Below, one piece after another: positions 55,628 to 64,000 of a stretch of 64,000 bases of DNA. The DNA comes from Candidatus Omnitrophota bacterium (GTDB lineage Bacteria > Omnitrophota > Omnitrophia > Omnitrophales > Aquincolibacteriaceae): the NCBI GenBank assembly GCA_022711115.1, contig JAKLFP010000005.1, positions 8,572-72,571 on the forward strand, written 5' to 3'. The notes under the pieces are model-generated. The model did no database searches, was not told the origin of the DNA, and worked only from the letters and a program-made list of their open reading frames with translations. The first letter of the stretch is position 1; each line of letters begins with the position of its first letter. Position numbers and translations under genes: made by a program.

Positions 55628-55668
55628 CCGCAAGGTAAGACAGTTCGCCTTGCGGTTTTTTGTTTTTA
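55628..55668 (+). terminator. stem-loop plus U-tract (intrinsic terminator or attenuator) between the hydrolase gene and cspA
   Basis: CCGCAAGG - 12 nt - CCTTGCGG, followed by TTTTTTGTTTTT. Confidence 0.5.
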
Positions 55669-55803
55669 CCCTGTTTTTAACTTCCCGAAAGGGAAAAAGA
55701 AGCGGGCTAGCTCCAACTGGACGTGGTTGAATTCAGTACCGAACAGAGAAAGTTGGTCTTGTCATGCGTTACTATAATTTTATCGAAAGGAGTACTGACA
55801 ACC

Positions 55804-56004
55804 ATGGTAAAAGGTAAAGTGAAGTGGTTCAACAACTCAAAGGGTTTTGGGTTCATTTCTCGTGAAGGTGGCGCTGATGTCTTCGTACATCACACCGCGA
55901 TTCAGGGGGAAGGATACAAGTCTTTGGAAGAAGGCCAAGCGGTCGAATTCGAAGTGACCCGCGGTCCCAAGGGCGAACAAGCCTCTAACGTTGTGAAGAT
56001 CTAA
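55804..56004 (+). CDS. cold-shock protein (CspA family)
   Basis: [34 protein letters not shown] carries the RNP1/RNP2 motifs; 66 aa. AAGGAG RBS; the ORF-track start at 55723 was rejected. Confidence 0.9.
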   Translation: MVKGKVKWFNNSKGFGFISREGGADVFVHHTAIQGEGYKSLEEGQAVEFEVTRGPKGEQASNVVKI

Positions 56005-56023
56005 CACCACAACTGAACAAATC

Positions 56024-56062
56024 AAAAAGGCCCGATGGCGTAAGCTGTCGGGCCTTTTTTTG
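56024..56062 (+). terminator. Rho-independent terminator
   Basis: GGCCCGA - 12 nt - TCGGGCC followed by TTTTTTT. Confidence 0.7.
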
Positions 56063-56124
56063 TCCATTCTTGCTATGTCCAATGCAATTTTTTATACTAT
56101 CCACAATTTGGGAGGAAAGGATCC

Positions 56125-57522
56125 GTGACTTCCAGTCAGGTGTGGCTGATTGCTAGCGTTGCGATGTATATGGCTTTCATGCTCGGGATCGGTTTCTGGA
56201 CGAGTAAAAGAATCCATAATACCAAAGACTACATTATCGCAGGTGGCAAAATGGGTTGGTGGCTTTCTGTCGGCACCATTTTCGCGACTTGGTTTGGGGC
56301 TGAGACCTGCATGGGTTCTTCCCGTACGGCATTTGAAAAAGGTATTCTTGGTGTCATTGCTGATCCGTTTGGCGCCGGGCTTTGTCTCATTTTGGCGGGT
56401 CTTTTTTTCGCCAAGATTTTTTACCAGTTGAAAACCGAAACGATTATTGATTTTTTTGAGCAGCGGTACGGAAAAAATGTCGCGGCCATTCTGAGCCTTC
56501 TTTATATTCCCGTTTATCTCGGTTGGATTGGCGGTCAATTACTCGCTTTTGGCATCATTCTCCATGCACTGACGGGGCTTCCGGTCATGTTGTCGGTGTT
56601 GATCTCAACTGCCGTGGTGATCCTTTACACCTATTGGGGCGGGATGTGGGCGGACGCGGTGACGGATCTTTATCAGATGATATTTATCCTGCTGGGTCTT
56701 TTGATCCTTTTTCCATTACTCGTACATGATCTCGGAGGATTTTCCTCCGTTGTAGCCAAGACGCCAGAATCCTATTTTCATTTCTATCCACACACAAATT
56801 CCAAACTCACCTGGTTGAACTATATTCAGGCCTGGATGATGGTCGGGATCGGTTCGCTGCCCGCACAGGACCTTTTTCAGAGGATGATGGCCCCCAAAAC
56901 CGCGGCGATGGCAAAAAAGGCCGCGATTCTTTCGGGAATGATGTACATTGTGATCGGGTTTATTCCGGTCATGCTCGGCATTTTGGGAAGGCTCGCGATG
57001 CCGGAAAGTACCGGAGAGTCGATTCTGATCGATCTTGCCCAAAAATACCTTTCGCCGCCACTTATGGCGCTGATGGTGGGCGCGCTTCTTTCTGCCATCA
57101 TGAGCTCCGCGGACAGCGCGCTTCTTGCGCCGGCAGGTATTATCGGTCACAATATTGTTTCTTATCTCAGCCCCGGAGCCAGTGAGAAATTGAAACTTCA
57201 GTGGTGCCACAGAAGCATTCTCATCGTAGGGGTGTTGTCGCTTGTCCTTGCGCTTTATTTTCGAAATATTTACACGCTTTGCACACATGCCTGGGGGATT
57301 CTTCTTGTGGGAGTGGCTGCCCCGATGATGGCGGGGGTGTATTGGCATAAGGCCAGCACTGCGGGCGCAGTGGCCGGAACTTTGTCCGGAACGTTTTCTT
57401 GGATTTTGTTTTCTGTTTTTTTACCGGAGGGTTACCCGACCCATCTCTTTGGCTTTTTAATTTCTTGTTTAGGCTTGATCATCGTTAGTTTATTCACATC
57501 GCGGAAAGGACGTTTCTCATGA
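56125..57522 (+). CDS. sodium:solute symporter family (SSF) transporter
   Basis: 465 aa with about 13 TM segments and SSF-typical N-terminal blocks (DYIIAGGKMGWWLSVGTIFATWFGAETCMG). GTG start with a GGAGG RBS. Confidence 0.8.
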   Translation: MTSSQVWLIASVAMYMAFMLGIGFWTSKRIHNTKDYIIAGGKMGWWLSVGTIFATWFGAETCMGSSRTAFEKGILGVIADPFGAGLCLILAGLFFAKIFYQLKTETIIDFFEQRYGKNVAAILSLLYIPVYLGWIGGQLLAFGIILHALTGLPVMLSVLISTAVVILYTYWGGMWADAVTDLYQMIFILLGLLILFPLLVHDLGGFSSVVAKTPESYFHFYPHTNSKLTWLNYIQAWMMVGIGSLPAQDLFQRMMAPKTAAMAKKAAILSGMMYIVIGFIPVMLGILGRLAMPESTGESILIDLAQKYLSPPLMALMVGALLSAIMSSADSALLAPAGIIGHNIVSYLSPGASEKLKLQWCHRSILIVGVLSLVLALYFRNIYTLCTHAWGILLVGVAAPMMAGVYWHKASTAGAVAGTLSGTFSWILFSVFLPEGYPTHLFGFLISCLGLIIVSLFTSRKGRFS

Positions 57523-58457
57523 AAAAAATTCTTTTCTGGCTCGCGAATGGATTTCCGGTATGGGTCCTCGCGGCTTCTCTGATCGCCTTATGGCAGCCTT
57601 GGATTTTTACGTGGTTTGCCGGTCGCCTGATCACGATTGGGTTGGGGATCATCATGCTTGGGATGGGGCTGACACTCACGCTTGAGGATTTTAAGCGAGT
57701 TGTGAAATTCCCAGCGTGGGTAGGGATCGGAATGCTTCTCCAGTATACCGTGATGCCGCTTTTGGGATGGGGCATGAGTTATCTTTTTCATCTCCCGACT
57801 GTTTTTGCAGTCGGGTTGATTCTTGTTTCGTGTTGCCCCGGTGGCACGGCGTCGAATGTGGTCAATTACCTGGCCCAATCAGACGTGCCGCTTTCTGTGA
57901 CGATGACGGCCATTTCCACGATCCTCGGTGTTGTGATAACGCCGCTTCTCACCGCACTGCTTGCCGGCAGCCGCATTGAAGTGAATGCCTGGGGTCTTCT
58001 TGCTGATTGTTTTTGTGTTGTTATATTTCCTGTAGCGTTAGGGATAGGGTTAAACCGATATGCTCCAAGATTCACGCAGAAAATCGTACCGGCAGCCCCG
58101 TTTGCTGCCGTTGTATTCATTACTTTGATTGTGGCATCCATCATCGGCGCCGGCCGCGATATGATCCTTCGGAGCGGTCCGTCACTGCTTGGAGCAGTTT
58201 TTAGTCTTCATGCCGGAGGTTTTTTTCTGGGATATCTTTTCAGCAAGTGGATGACCCATCATGAGATTGTTTCACGAACCATCTCTGTGGAAGTAGGCAT
58301 GCAGAATTCCGGACTTGGTGCCGTTCTGGCGCGTAATAATTTCACAGATCCCGCGACCGCAATTCCTTCTGCGATATCAAGCCTGACACATTGTCTTATC
58401 GGGAGTTTTCTTGCAGCCCTTTGGCGGTTCAAAAACATGCGGCAAGAAAGACATTGA
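57519..58457 (+). CDS. bile acid:sodium symporter (BASS/SBF) family transporter
   Basis: 312 aa with about 9 TM segments and BASS-like blocks (LGLILVSCCPGGTASNVVNYLA ... EVGMQNSGLG). ATGA overlap with the upstream gene. Confidence 0.8.
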   Translation: MKKILFWLANGFPVWVLAASLIALWQPWIFTWFAGRLITIGLGIIMLGMGLTLTLEDFKRVVKFPAWVGIGMLLQYTVMPLLGWGMSYLFHLPTVFAVGLILVSCCPGGTASNVVNYLAQSDVPLSVTMTAISTILGVVITPLLTALLAGSRIEVNAWGLLADCFCVVIFPVALGIGLNRYAPRFTQKIVPAAPFAAVVFITLIVASIIGAGRDMILRSGPSLLGAVFSLHAGGFFLGYLFSKWMTHHEIVSRTISVEVGMQNSGLGAVLARNNFTDPATAIPSAISSLTHCLIGSFLAALWRFKNMRQERH

Positions 58458-58493
58458 GATGAAAAATTCCTTTCGTTTTTTGAAGAATCACGC

Positions 58494-59849
58494 TCAGCTT
58501 AGATGATCGACCAAATCATTCCAGCTAAAAGAACTTACGGGAACATCCTGGGTAGAAAGTTCAAGCACGAGCAATTTATTATCCGTTTGATAGGGATCTC
58601 CCGTAAGGTTTTTACGGGGGTGGGTAGATTGTTCCAATGCCTGATTTTTGATGAAGCCGAATTTTGTTACCTTGAATACTTGCATCAGATCTGCTAGCAG
58701 ATAATCCCGCGCATCATCGAGGTTCGGATCAATTTTGTGGGTTGTCAGATACCAAGTCTTGGTGGTGAGCCTTACTCCGATATCGCGGCTGATGGTGCCG
58801 ATCCAAACGGGTTTTCCATTGCAACGGATGGGAGTATACCAGAGACGCAGGTGAAGCCGTTGATTGATGGTGTTTCTGGCTTTTTGAAGTGCGATGTCCT
58901 GTGGGTGTCCTTTGTAATAAAGAGGACTCACCGGTGAGTAGCGGTCACTTTCTCCTGTAAAAAAGGCCTTGGCCATGGCAAATCCTGAACCGGCCGTAAG
59001 CGCCTTGGTTTCATCCCAACCGGCTGAGGTGAAAATCGTTATGACGTCTTCAAGTTCCCCAAGCACCACAAGATTAAAGGGATCTCCGTTCTTCGTACCT
59101 TTTTTATTCGTGGTACAGCAAGGGATTTTTTTTAAAAGTTCAGGGATCTGTGCCGTCGAACACTCCGTGACTGTTTCTTCCGGGTAACGATCCTCGTAAT
59201 CCTTTGTCGTGTAGTCAGGTTTGATCCCCGGAACGGTGACTACAAAATCCATTGTTTTGGGGCCTTCGTTGCCAAGGAGTTCTACTTTTACGTGTTTGGT
59301 CCCTTCGTCCACGGAAGTGAAGACGAATCCGGATTCCTTGGACTTTGGCATGATAATATTGCTGGGTAGGGCAACTTTATTAAAAAAAGTGTCCATTTTT
59401 TTATTGTTATAATTAGCCGCAATAAGGTTCACTGGAATGATCGCCAGTGCCGGGAAGAAAATAATTGCGATCAATCCTGCCTCTAAGAGTTGGCGGCTTT
59501 TTTTGAAATGAGCCATATAGGAGGCTTCTTCGGTTGAATAATAATTTGGGTCCATGTTGTGCGGTATGAAAACATAGGGGGTTATTCCTTGATTTTCGAT
59601 CTCAAGCCAGACAGGCTGGATTCCTTTTTTGGCAAGATTGACCCCGAAGGTTTTTTTGCTTTCTTTGTCGCTTAAGACCGTGATGGTTGCGCGGAGGTTA
59701 TCTTTTTCCTGGGTTTGGGCTCGCTGCATGAAGGAACTGCGGTCGGTGATGTTCGGCCGATAGGAGATGCAACCTGAAAAAGACATCGCCAAAATAAGAA
59801 AAGGGACGACTGCTTCTTTTATCCTTTTGATCCGATTTATTCCGGGCAT
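58494..59849 (-). CDS. lipoprotein with LssY-C-terminal-like domain (paralog B)
   Basis: Lipobox FSGC. Co-linear similarity to 45135-46517 over the whole length (QRAQTQEKDN, KNGDP(F/V)NLVV(L/I)G, LHLRLWY(T/S)PIR, THKIDP(N/D)(L/I)D). Confidence 0.55.
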   Translation of the reverse strand: MPGINRIKRIKEAVVPFLILAMSFSGCISYRPNITDRSSFMQRAQTQEKDNLRATITVLSDKESKKTFGVNLAKKGIQPVWLEIENQGITPYVFIPHNMDPNYYSTEEASYMAHFKKSRQLLEAGLIAIIFFPALAIIPVNLIAANYNNKKMDTFFNKVALPSNIIMPKSKESGFVFTSVDEGTKHVKVELLGNEGPKTMDFVVTVPGIKPDYTTKDYEDRYPEETVTECSTAQIPELLKKIPCCTTNKKGTKNGDPFNLVVLGELEDVITIFTSAGWDETKALTAGSGFAMAKAFFTGESDRYSPVSPLYYKGHPQDIALQKARNTINQRLHLRLWYTPIRCNGKPVWIGTISRDIGVRLTTKTWYLTTHKIDPNLDDARDYLLADLMQVFKVTKFGFIKNQALEQSTHPRKNLTGDPYQTDNKLLVLELSTQDVPVSSFSWNDLVDHLS

Positions 59850-59980
59850 GTTTTTAACCGTTTTTTCGAAAGTACCTTTTAGTGGAGTTCAGTAGTATTG
59901 TGTTTTATAATACAAACGTATTAAGAACAACGTCTAATATCTTATCTTCTTTATCAAAATACAAAAAGGGAGATTTTTTC

Positions 59981-60772
59981 ATGAAAAAGATCACTCTGTT
60001 TGCTATATCCTTATTTCTTATCGGTTGCACTACCGTGCCTATTACGGGGCGCAAACAGCTTTCCTTTATCCCTCAGGGGGAATTGCTCACTCTTAGTGAT
60101 CAAAATTACAAACAGGTGCTGAGCCAGTCCAAAATTTCATCGGATGCCAATTGGAGCGCCAAGGTGACAAGTGTCGGGCAAAAGATCGCGGTATCGGCTG
60201 AAACGTTCATGCGTGAAAACGGCATGGAAAAAGAGCTCCAGAATTATCAGTGGGAATTCAGGTTGATCGATGACCCGAAGACTGTGAATGCTTTTTGCAT
60301 GCCGGGCGGGAAGATCGTGGTCTATACGGGAATTTTGCCGGTCGCAAAGGATGAAATTGGTCTCGCAACGGTGATGAGCCACGAGGTTGCGCATGCCATT
60401 GCCAATCACGGCGGCGAGCGTATAAGCCAGCAATTACTTGTTCAATTGGGAGGGATGTCGCTGGAACAGGCCATGAAATCTAAGCCTGCCGCAACTCAAA
60501 AGATCTTGATGCAAGCCTATGGCGCCGGAACGCAAGTCGGTGTTCTTTTGCCTTACAGCCGTTCGCATGAATCTGAAGCCGATCATATTGGTCTTATCCT
60601 GATGGCTCGTGCCGGATATGATCCCGCGAAAGCGGTCGCGTTTTGGGAAAGAATGAATGCTTTGGGCGGGATGAAATCGCCTGAGTTTCTTTCTACCCAT
60701 CCAGCGACCTCGCGCCGGATCGCGGATATCAACAAAGAAGTTCCCGAAGCAGAAAAGTATTATAAAAACTAG
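59981..60772 (+). CDS. M48-family zinc metallopeptidase lipoprotein
   Basis: Lipobox LIGC. HEXXH motif MSHEVAHAIANH and a downstream E (GHESEADHIG), characteristic of the M48/Ste24-like fold. RBS AAGGGAG upstream. Confidence 0.75.
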   Translation: MKKITLFAISLFLIGCTTVPITGRKQLSFIPQGELLTLSDQNYKQVLSQSKISSDANWSAKVTSVGQKIAVSAETFMRENGMEKELQNYQWEFRLIDDPKTVNAFCMPGGKIVVYTGILPVAKDEIGLATVMSHEVAHAIANHGGERISQQLLVQLGGMSLEQAMKSKPAATQKILMQAYGAGTQVGVLLPYSRSHESEADHIGLILMARAGYDPAKAVAFWERMNALGGMKSPEFLSTHPATSRRIADINKEVPEAEKYYKN

Positions 60773-60864
60773 CACGAAATAAAATATGCGGCATGAAGCA
60801 AAAACTTTTTTTGCCGCATAGCGTATGATTTGCGCGTCATGCATTTTAAATTGAGGGAGGCAGT

Positions 60865-62319
60865 ATGAGCGGTATTTACGGAATTATTTCTAAAAAAGAT
60901 TGTATGGATTCCCTGTTTTACGGAACGGATTATCATTCCCATCTTGGAACGGAATTCGGAGGGATTGCTGTGATGGACGGGGATCAGTTCAGCCGGCAGA
61001 TCCATGGCATTGCGCAGAGCCAGTTCAAGTCTAAGTTTTTTGAGGATCTGCCAAACCTGAAGGGGAATAAGGGCATCGGTGTGATCAGTGACTGCCATGA
61101 GCAACCGATCTATTTTAATTCCAAATTCGGGCCGTTTTGCATTGTTACGGTTGGACTCATTGAAAATTCCGAAGAGCTGGTTGAAGAACTTCTTCACCGT
61201 GGGCACTCATTTGCTGAGATGAGCAGCAAGGGGCCCGTCAATACGACCGAACTTATTGCCAAGCTCATTACGCTTGGAGACAACCTCGTTGATGGGATCG
61301 ATCATATGTTTGACATGATCGAAGGCTCTTGTTCGCTTCTAATCCTCAACCGGGACGGGATCTATGCCGCCCGTGACCGGTTTGGTTATACACCGCTTGT
61401 CATTGGAAAACGTGCGGATGCTTATGCGGTGGCTTCCGAAACTTCGGCTTTTCCGAACGATGATTTCAAAATTCTGAAATATCTTGCTCCCGGAGAGATC
61501 CTGCTGCTCAATGAAAACGGTCTTTCGACTCAGAGAGAAGGAAATGCTGAGATGCAGATCTGTACCTTCCTTTGGATCTATACCGGGTTTCCAGCTTCGG
61601 ACTATGAAGGTGTCAACACGGAAGCTTCAAGAGAACGCTGCGGCAGAGCTCTTGCAAGGAAGGATAAGGATATTCAGGTGGATCTGGTTGCAGGCGTCCC
61701 GGATTCCGGGACCAGTCATGCGATTGGGTATGCCATGGAAAGCGGAAAGCCGTTACGACGTCCGCTGGTAAAATATACACCAGGTTATGGGCGCAGCTAT
61801 ACGCCACCTACACAAAGAATTCGTGATCTTGTTGCAAAGATGAAATTGATCCCGATCCGCGAAATCATTGCCGGGAACAGGATTGCGATTTGCGATGATT
61901 CTATTGTTCGTGGGACACAACTCAAGAACTTCACGATTAATAAACTTTGGGAAGCCGGCGCCAAAGAAATTCATGTTCGGCCCGCTTGTCCGCCATTGAT
62001 GTTTCCGTGCAAATTCTGTCTTTCCACGCGCAGTACCCATGAATTGGCCGCACGCAAGGCGATCCGCAGCATTGAGGGCCAGGACGTGGAGGATGTTTCA
62101 GAATATGTGGATCCTGATTCTCCCAAGTATAGGAAAATGGTTGATTGGATTGCAAAAGATCTTGGAGTCACAACACTCCGGTACCAGACTGTGGACGACA
62201 TGGTCGAGGCGATCGGTTTACCGAAAGAAAAATTATGCCTTTATTGCTGGACGGGGGAATGTCCGGTTTCCAAGAAGAAAGAATTTCATAAATCTTGCAA
62301 TGCGTCTGGGAGATCATAA
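60865..62319 (+). CDS. amidophosphoribosyltransferase-like protein (class II glutamine amidotransferase domain + type I PRTase domain) with Ser in place of the N-terminal Cys nucleophile
   Basis: The N-terminus MSGIYGI compares with PurF MCGIVGI. The PRTase PRPP-binding loop is IAICDDSIVRGTQL. C-terminal Cys cluster (CPPLMFPCKFC ... CLYCWTGEC). Strong GAGGGAGG RBS. Confidence 0.7.
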   Translation: MSGIYGIISKKDCMDSLFYGTDYHSHLGTEFGGIAVMDGDQFSRQIHGIAQSQFKSKFFEDLPNLKGNKGIGVISDCHEQPIYFNSKFGPFCIVTVGLIENSEELVEELLHRGHSFAEMSSKGPVNTTELIAKLITLGDNLVDGIDHMFDMIEGSCSLLILNRDGIYAARDRFGYTPLVIGKRADAYAVASETSAFPNDDFKILKYLAPGEILLLNENGLSTQREGNAEMQICTFLWIYTGFPASDYEGVNTEASRERCGRALARKDKDIQVDLVAGVPDSGTSHAIGYAMESGKPLRRPLVKYTPGYGRSYTPPTQRIRDLVAKMKLIPIREIIAGNRIAICDDSIVRGTQLKNFTINKLWEAGAKEIHVRPACPPLMFPCKFCLSTRSTHELAARKAIRSIEGQDVEDVSEYVDPDSPKYRKMVDWIAKDLGVTTLRYQTVDDMVEAIGLPKEKLCLYCWTGECPVSKKKEFHKSCNASGRS

Positions 62320-62345
62320 ATTCTGAGTAACGAAAGGAAAAACGT

Positions 62346-62735
62346 ATGGAGCGTAAGATCGCGTCAAGTTTCTTGTTGATTATTTTCATGCTTATGATCC
62401 TGTTCGGACCGGTTCAGGCGGCAGAAGATGCGGTTTCTCCGGGGACTCAAGCTTCTTCCCAAGCTTTAAACGAACAAGTTTCTTCTCAGAGTTTAGGCGC
62501 ACAAGCCGGGGAAACCGCCAAAGAATTAAAAGATAAAGCTGAAGTGGCTAGTGTCAAAGTTGCTGAGGCATCCAAAAAAGTTGAAGCGGAAGCCCAGGAT
62601 CTCTTTAAGGATCTTCAAAAACAATGGGATGAATTTGCCAAGCGGTTCCAGGCATCGCTCCAACAGCTATCCGTTCAAATGAAACAGCAGGAAGAAGATT
62701 TCAAAAAATCCTTCAATAAACCGCCCAAGTCTTAG
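62346..62735 (+). CDS. small secreted hypothetical protein
   Basis: Signal peptide (FLLIIFMLMILFGPVQA) followed by a charged helical region. RBS AAAGGAAA. Confidence 0.45.
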   Translation: MERKIASSFLLIIFMLMILFGPVQAAEDAVSPGTQASSQALNEQVSSQSLGAQAGETAKELKDKAEVASVKVAEASKKVEAEAQDLFKDLQKQWDEFAKRFQASLQQLSVQMKQQEEDFKKSFNKPPKS

Positions 62736-63198
62736 TTTCTTTTATAAACGTCGTGGGTGGTGCTGATGTTGCGATGTTTTCTCTATAAAAAATCATCAAG
62801 TAATGATCTGAACCTTTTGTTACGGTTGCAGCGAAAAAGACATCTTCAAAAGACTTCCTAGCGGTTTTTAAATCAGGGTAAAATGCCTTTTACCGGTTAT
62901 TTTGGATCTTGTGTCGGTGCATGAAAAATCTGGACCAAGGGAAAGGGGCGTAAAAAAATCCCATTTTGAAGGGCATCTTTCCAAGGAGATGCCGCCAATA
63001 TTTTTGGTTCCAGGGAAGCTCTTTTCTAAAAGAGCCGATTATTTTTAGAAGAGATTTTGGTCATAGGCATACCAGCTTAGTAGGGCGGCTTATGAACGCG
63101 GCTATGACTTTTCTCACCAAGAAGAGTGTTCAGGTTGTGGTTGCCATTTTTTTCCTTATCAAAGTGATTTAAAGACTGACAGGGGGCATGATTCGTTG

Positions 63199-64000
63199 AT
63201 GAAGAAAGTAATTGTCCTCTCCTTTTTTGTTCTTGGCTTTACATCGCTCATTTCGCAGGTAGTTATCATTCGGGAAATTGCGATGAGCTTCTATGGAAAC
63301 GAATTTTTTATCGGCTGGGTCCTTTTTGTCTGGCTTTTTTGGACAGGATTTGGCAGTTATCTCGAAAACAGGTTTTCAAAGACTCCAGAAACAGCCTTCC
63401 GATGGTGGGGATTCTGCCACATTGCGGTCGCCCTGCTTTTCCCGTTTATGCTCGCACTGATTCGCTCAGGAAAGTTGCTTCTCGGAACACCGGCGGGTGC
63501 GGTTCCGGATCTTTTTTCCTCGCTTGCTTTCTCCTGCCTTGCTCTCGGACCTTTCTGCTTAATTTTGGGTTTTCAGTTTGCGGTAACTGCACGATGTTGG
63601 GTGCTTCAGGATCCCGAAACGCGAACTTCGTCCGTTCTAGGCCGGTCTTATCTGTATGAAACGTTTGGTTTTATTGCAGGGGGCACTCTGTTCAGCTATG
63701 CGTTTGTTTTTGCCAATGAGTTTAAAGTGGCATTCCTTCTCATGCTCATGAATTTTACAAGTGCCGGCATTCTTTTTTATTTAACGAAAAATCAAAAACG
63801 GAAAATCTTTTTGGGACTCTGTTTGATTTTTACTTGGGCATCTGTGGGTATATTTTTTGCCGCCGAATTTTTACAGCGACAAACGGCCCGATGGCATTTT
63901 CCGACGGAACAATTTGTAGAGATGCGCAATACCGTGCATGGCAATCTCGCGGTGACGCGGGTCGGTCACCAATATAATTTTTACCAAAACGGTCTTCTTT
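63199..64000 (+). CDS. spermidine-synthase-family protein with N-terminal multi-TM domain (3'-truncated at the window end)
   Basis: ATG at 63199 in frame 1, absent from the ORF track because no stop is reached. About 7 TM segments, then the start of the soluble domain (VHGNLAVTRVGHQYNFYQNGLL), which resembles the SpeE N-terminal tetramerisation segment. Confidence 0.45.
   Translation, partial: MKKVIVLSFFVLGFTSLISQVVIIREIAMSFYGNEFFIGWVLFVWLFWTGFGSYLENRFSKTPETAFRWWGFCHIAVALLFPFMLALIRSGKLLLGTPAGAVPDLFSSLAFSCLALGPFCLILGFQFAVTARCWVLQDPETRTSSVLGRSYLYETFGFIAGGTLFSYAFVFANEFKVAFLLMLMNFTSAGILFYLTKNQKRKIFLGLCLIFTWASVGIFFAAEFLQRQTARWHFPTEQFVEMRNTVHGNLAVTRVGHQYNFYQNGLL

Noticed and set aside
56716-57348. 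210-aa minus-strand ORF
   Set aside because: It is antisense to the SSF symporter gene, and the His/Arg-rich product is implausible.

Overview
This 64 kb window looks like bacterial chromosome with roughly 48% GC (estimated by eye, not computed) and dense gene packing, mostly on the + strand. I found no rRNA, tRNA, CRISPR array, transposase or integrase. Lineage is unclear; the DUF11-repeat lipoprotein, the PEP-CTERM protein and the radical-SAM-rich glycan genes suggest an uncultured Gram-negative such as a PVC-group, Nitrospirota or Desulfobacterota member, but that is a guess. The left end (1 to 6.8 kb) holds an alkaline-phosphatase-family phosphodiesterase, a small K+ channel, a membrane protein and an O-antigen-ligase-like protein. 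The centre (about 6.8 to 34 kb) is one long co-directional, translationally coupled cluster that looks like a previously undescribed biosynthesis and export system for a sulfated glycan. It comprises PAPS synthesis (cysD and fused cysNC), a TauE/SafE transporter, two paralogous cassettes each pairing a B12-binding radical SAM enzyme with a GT1 glycosyltransferase, and a Zn-dependent dehydrogenase. It also has three sulfotransferase-domain proteins; one carries a 7 x 42-aa coiled-coil repeat tail and a basic amphipathic C-terminus, reminiscent of the WbdD chain-length ruler/terminator. The rest of the cluster is a radical SAM protein with a non-canonical Cx5Cx2C motif, a Wzm/Wzt ABC exporter, a large polytopic membrane protein, an SGNH hydrolase, GT1 and GT2 glycosyltransferases, TatD and a PEP-CTERM sorting-signal protein. 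No exosortase or initiating phosphoglycosyltransferase is visible in the window. The right third (34 to 64 kb) is mostly envelope and housekeeping genes: a LysR regulator, an outer-membrane beta-barrel, a DUF11 lipoprotein, a K/A/E-repeat secreted protein, MscL with a zinc-ribbon tail, YihY and AsmA. It also holds an RbbA/YhiI/YhhJ-type tripartite ABC efflux system with an outer-membrane factor, a long-form phosphofructokinase, CspA, SSF and BASS symporters, an M48 protease, a PurF-like protein whose N-terminal Cys is replaced by Ser, and the membrane-anchored start of a spermidine-synthase-like gene. Two divergently oriented paralogous LssY-C-like lipoproteins sit 12 kb apart. All functional calls come from motif and architecture recognition by eye; nothing was searched against a database.
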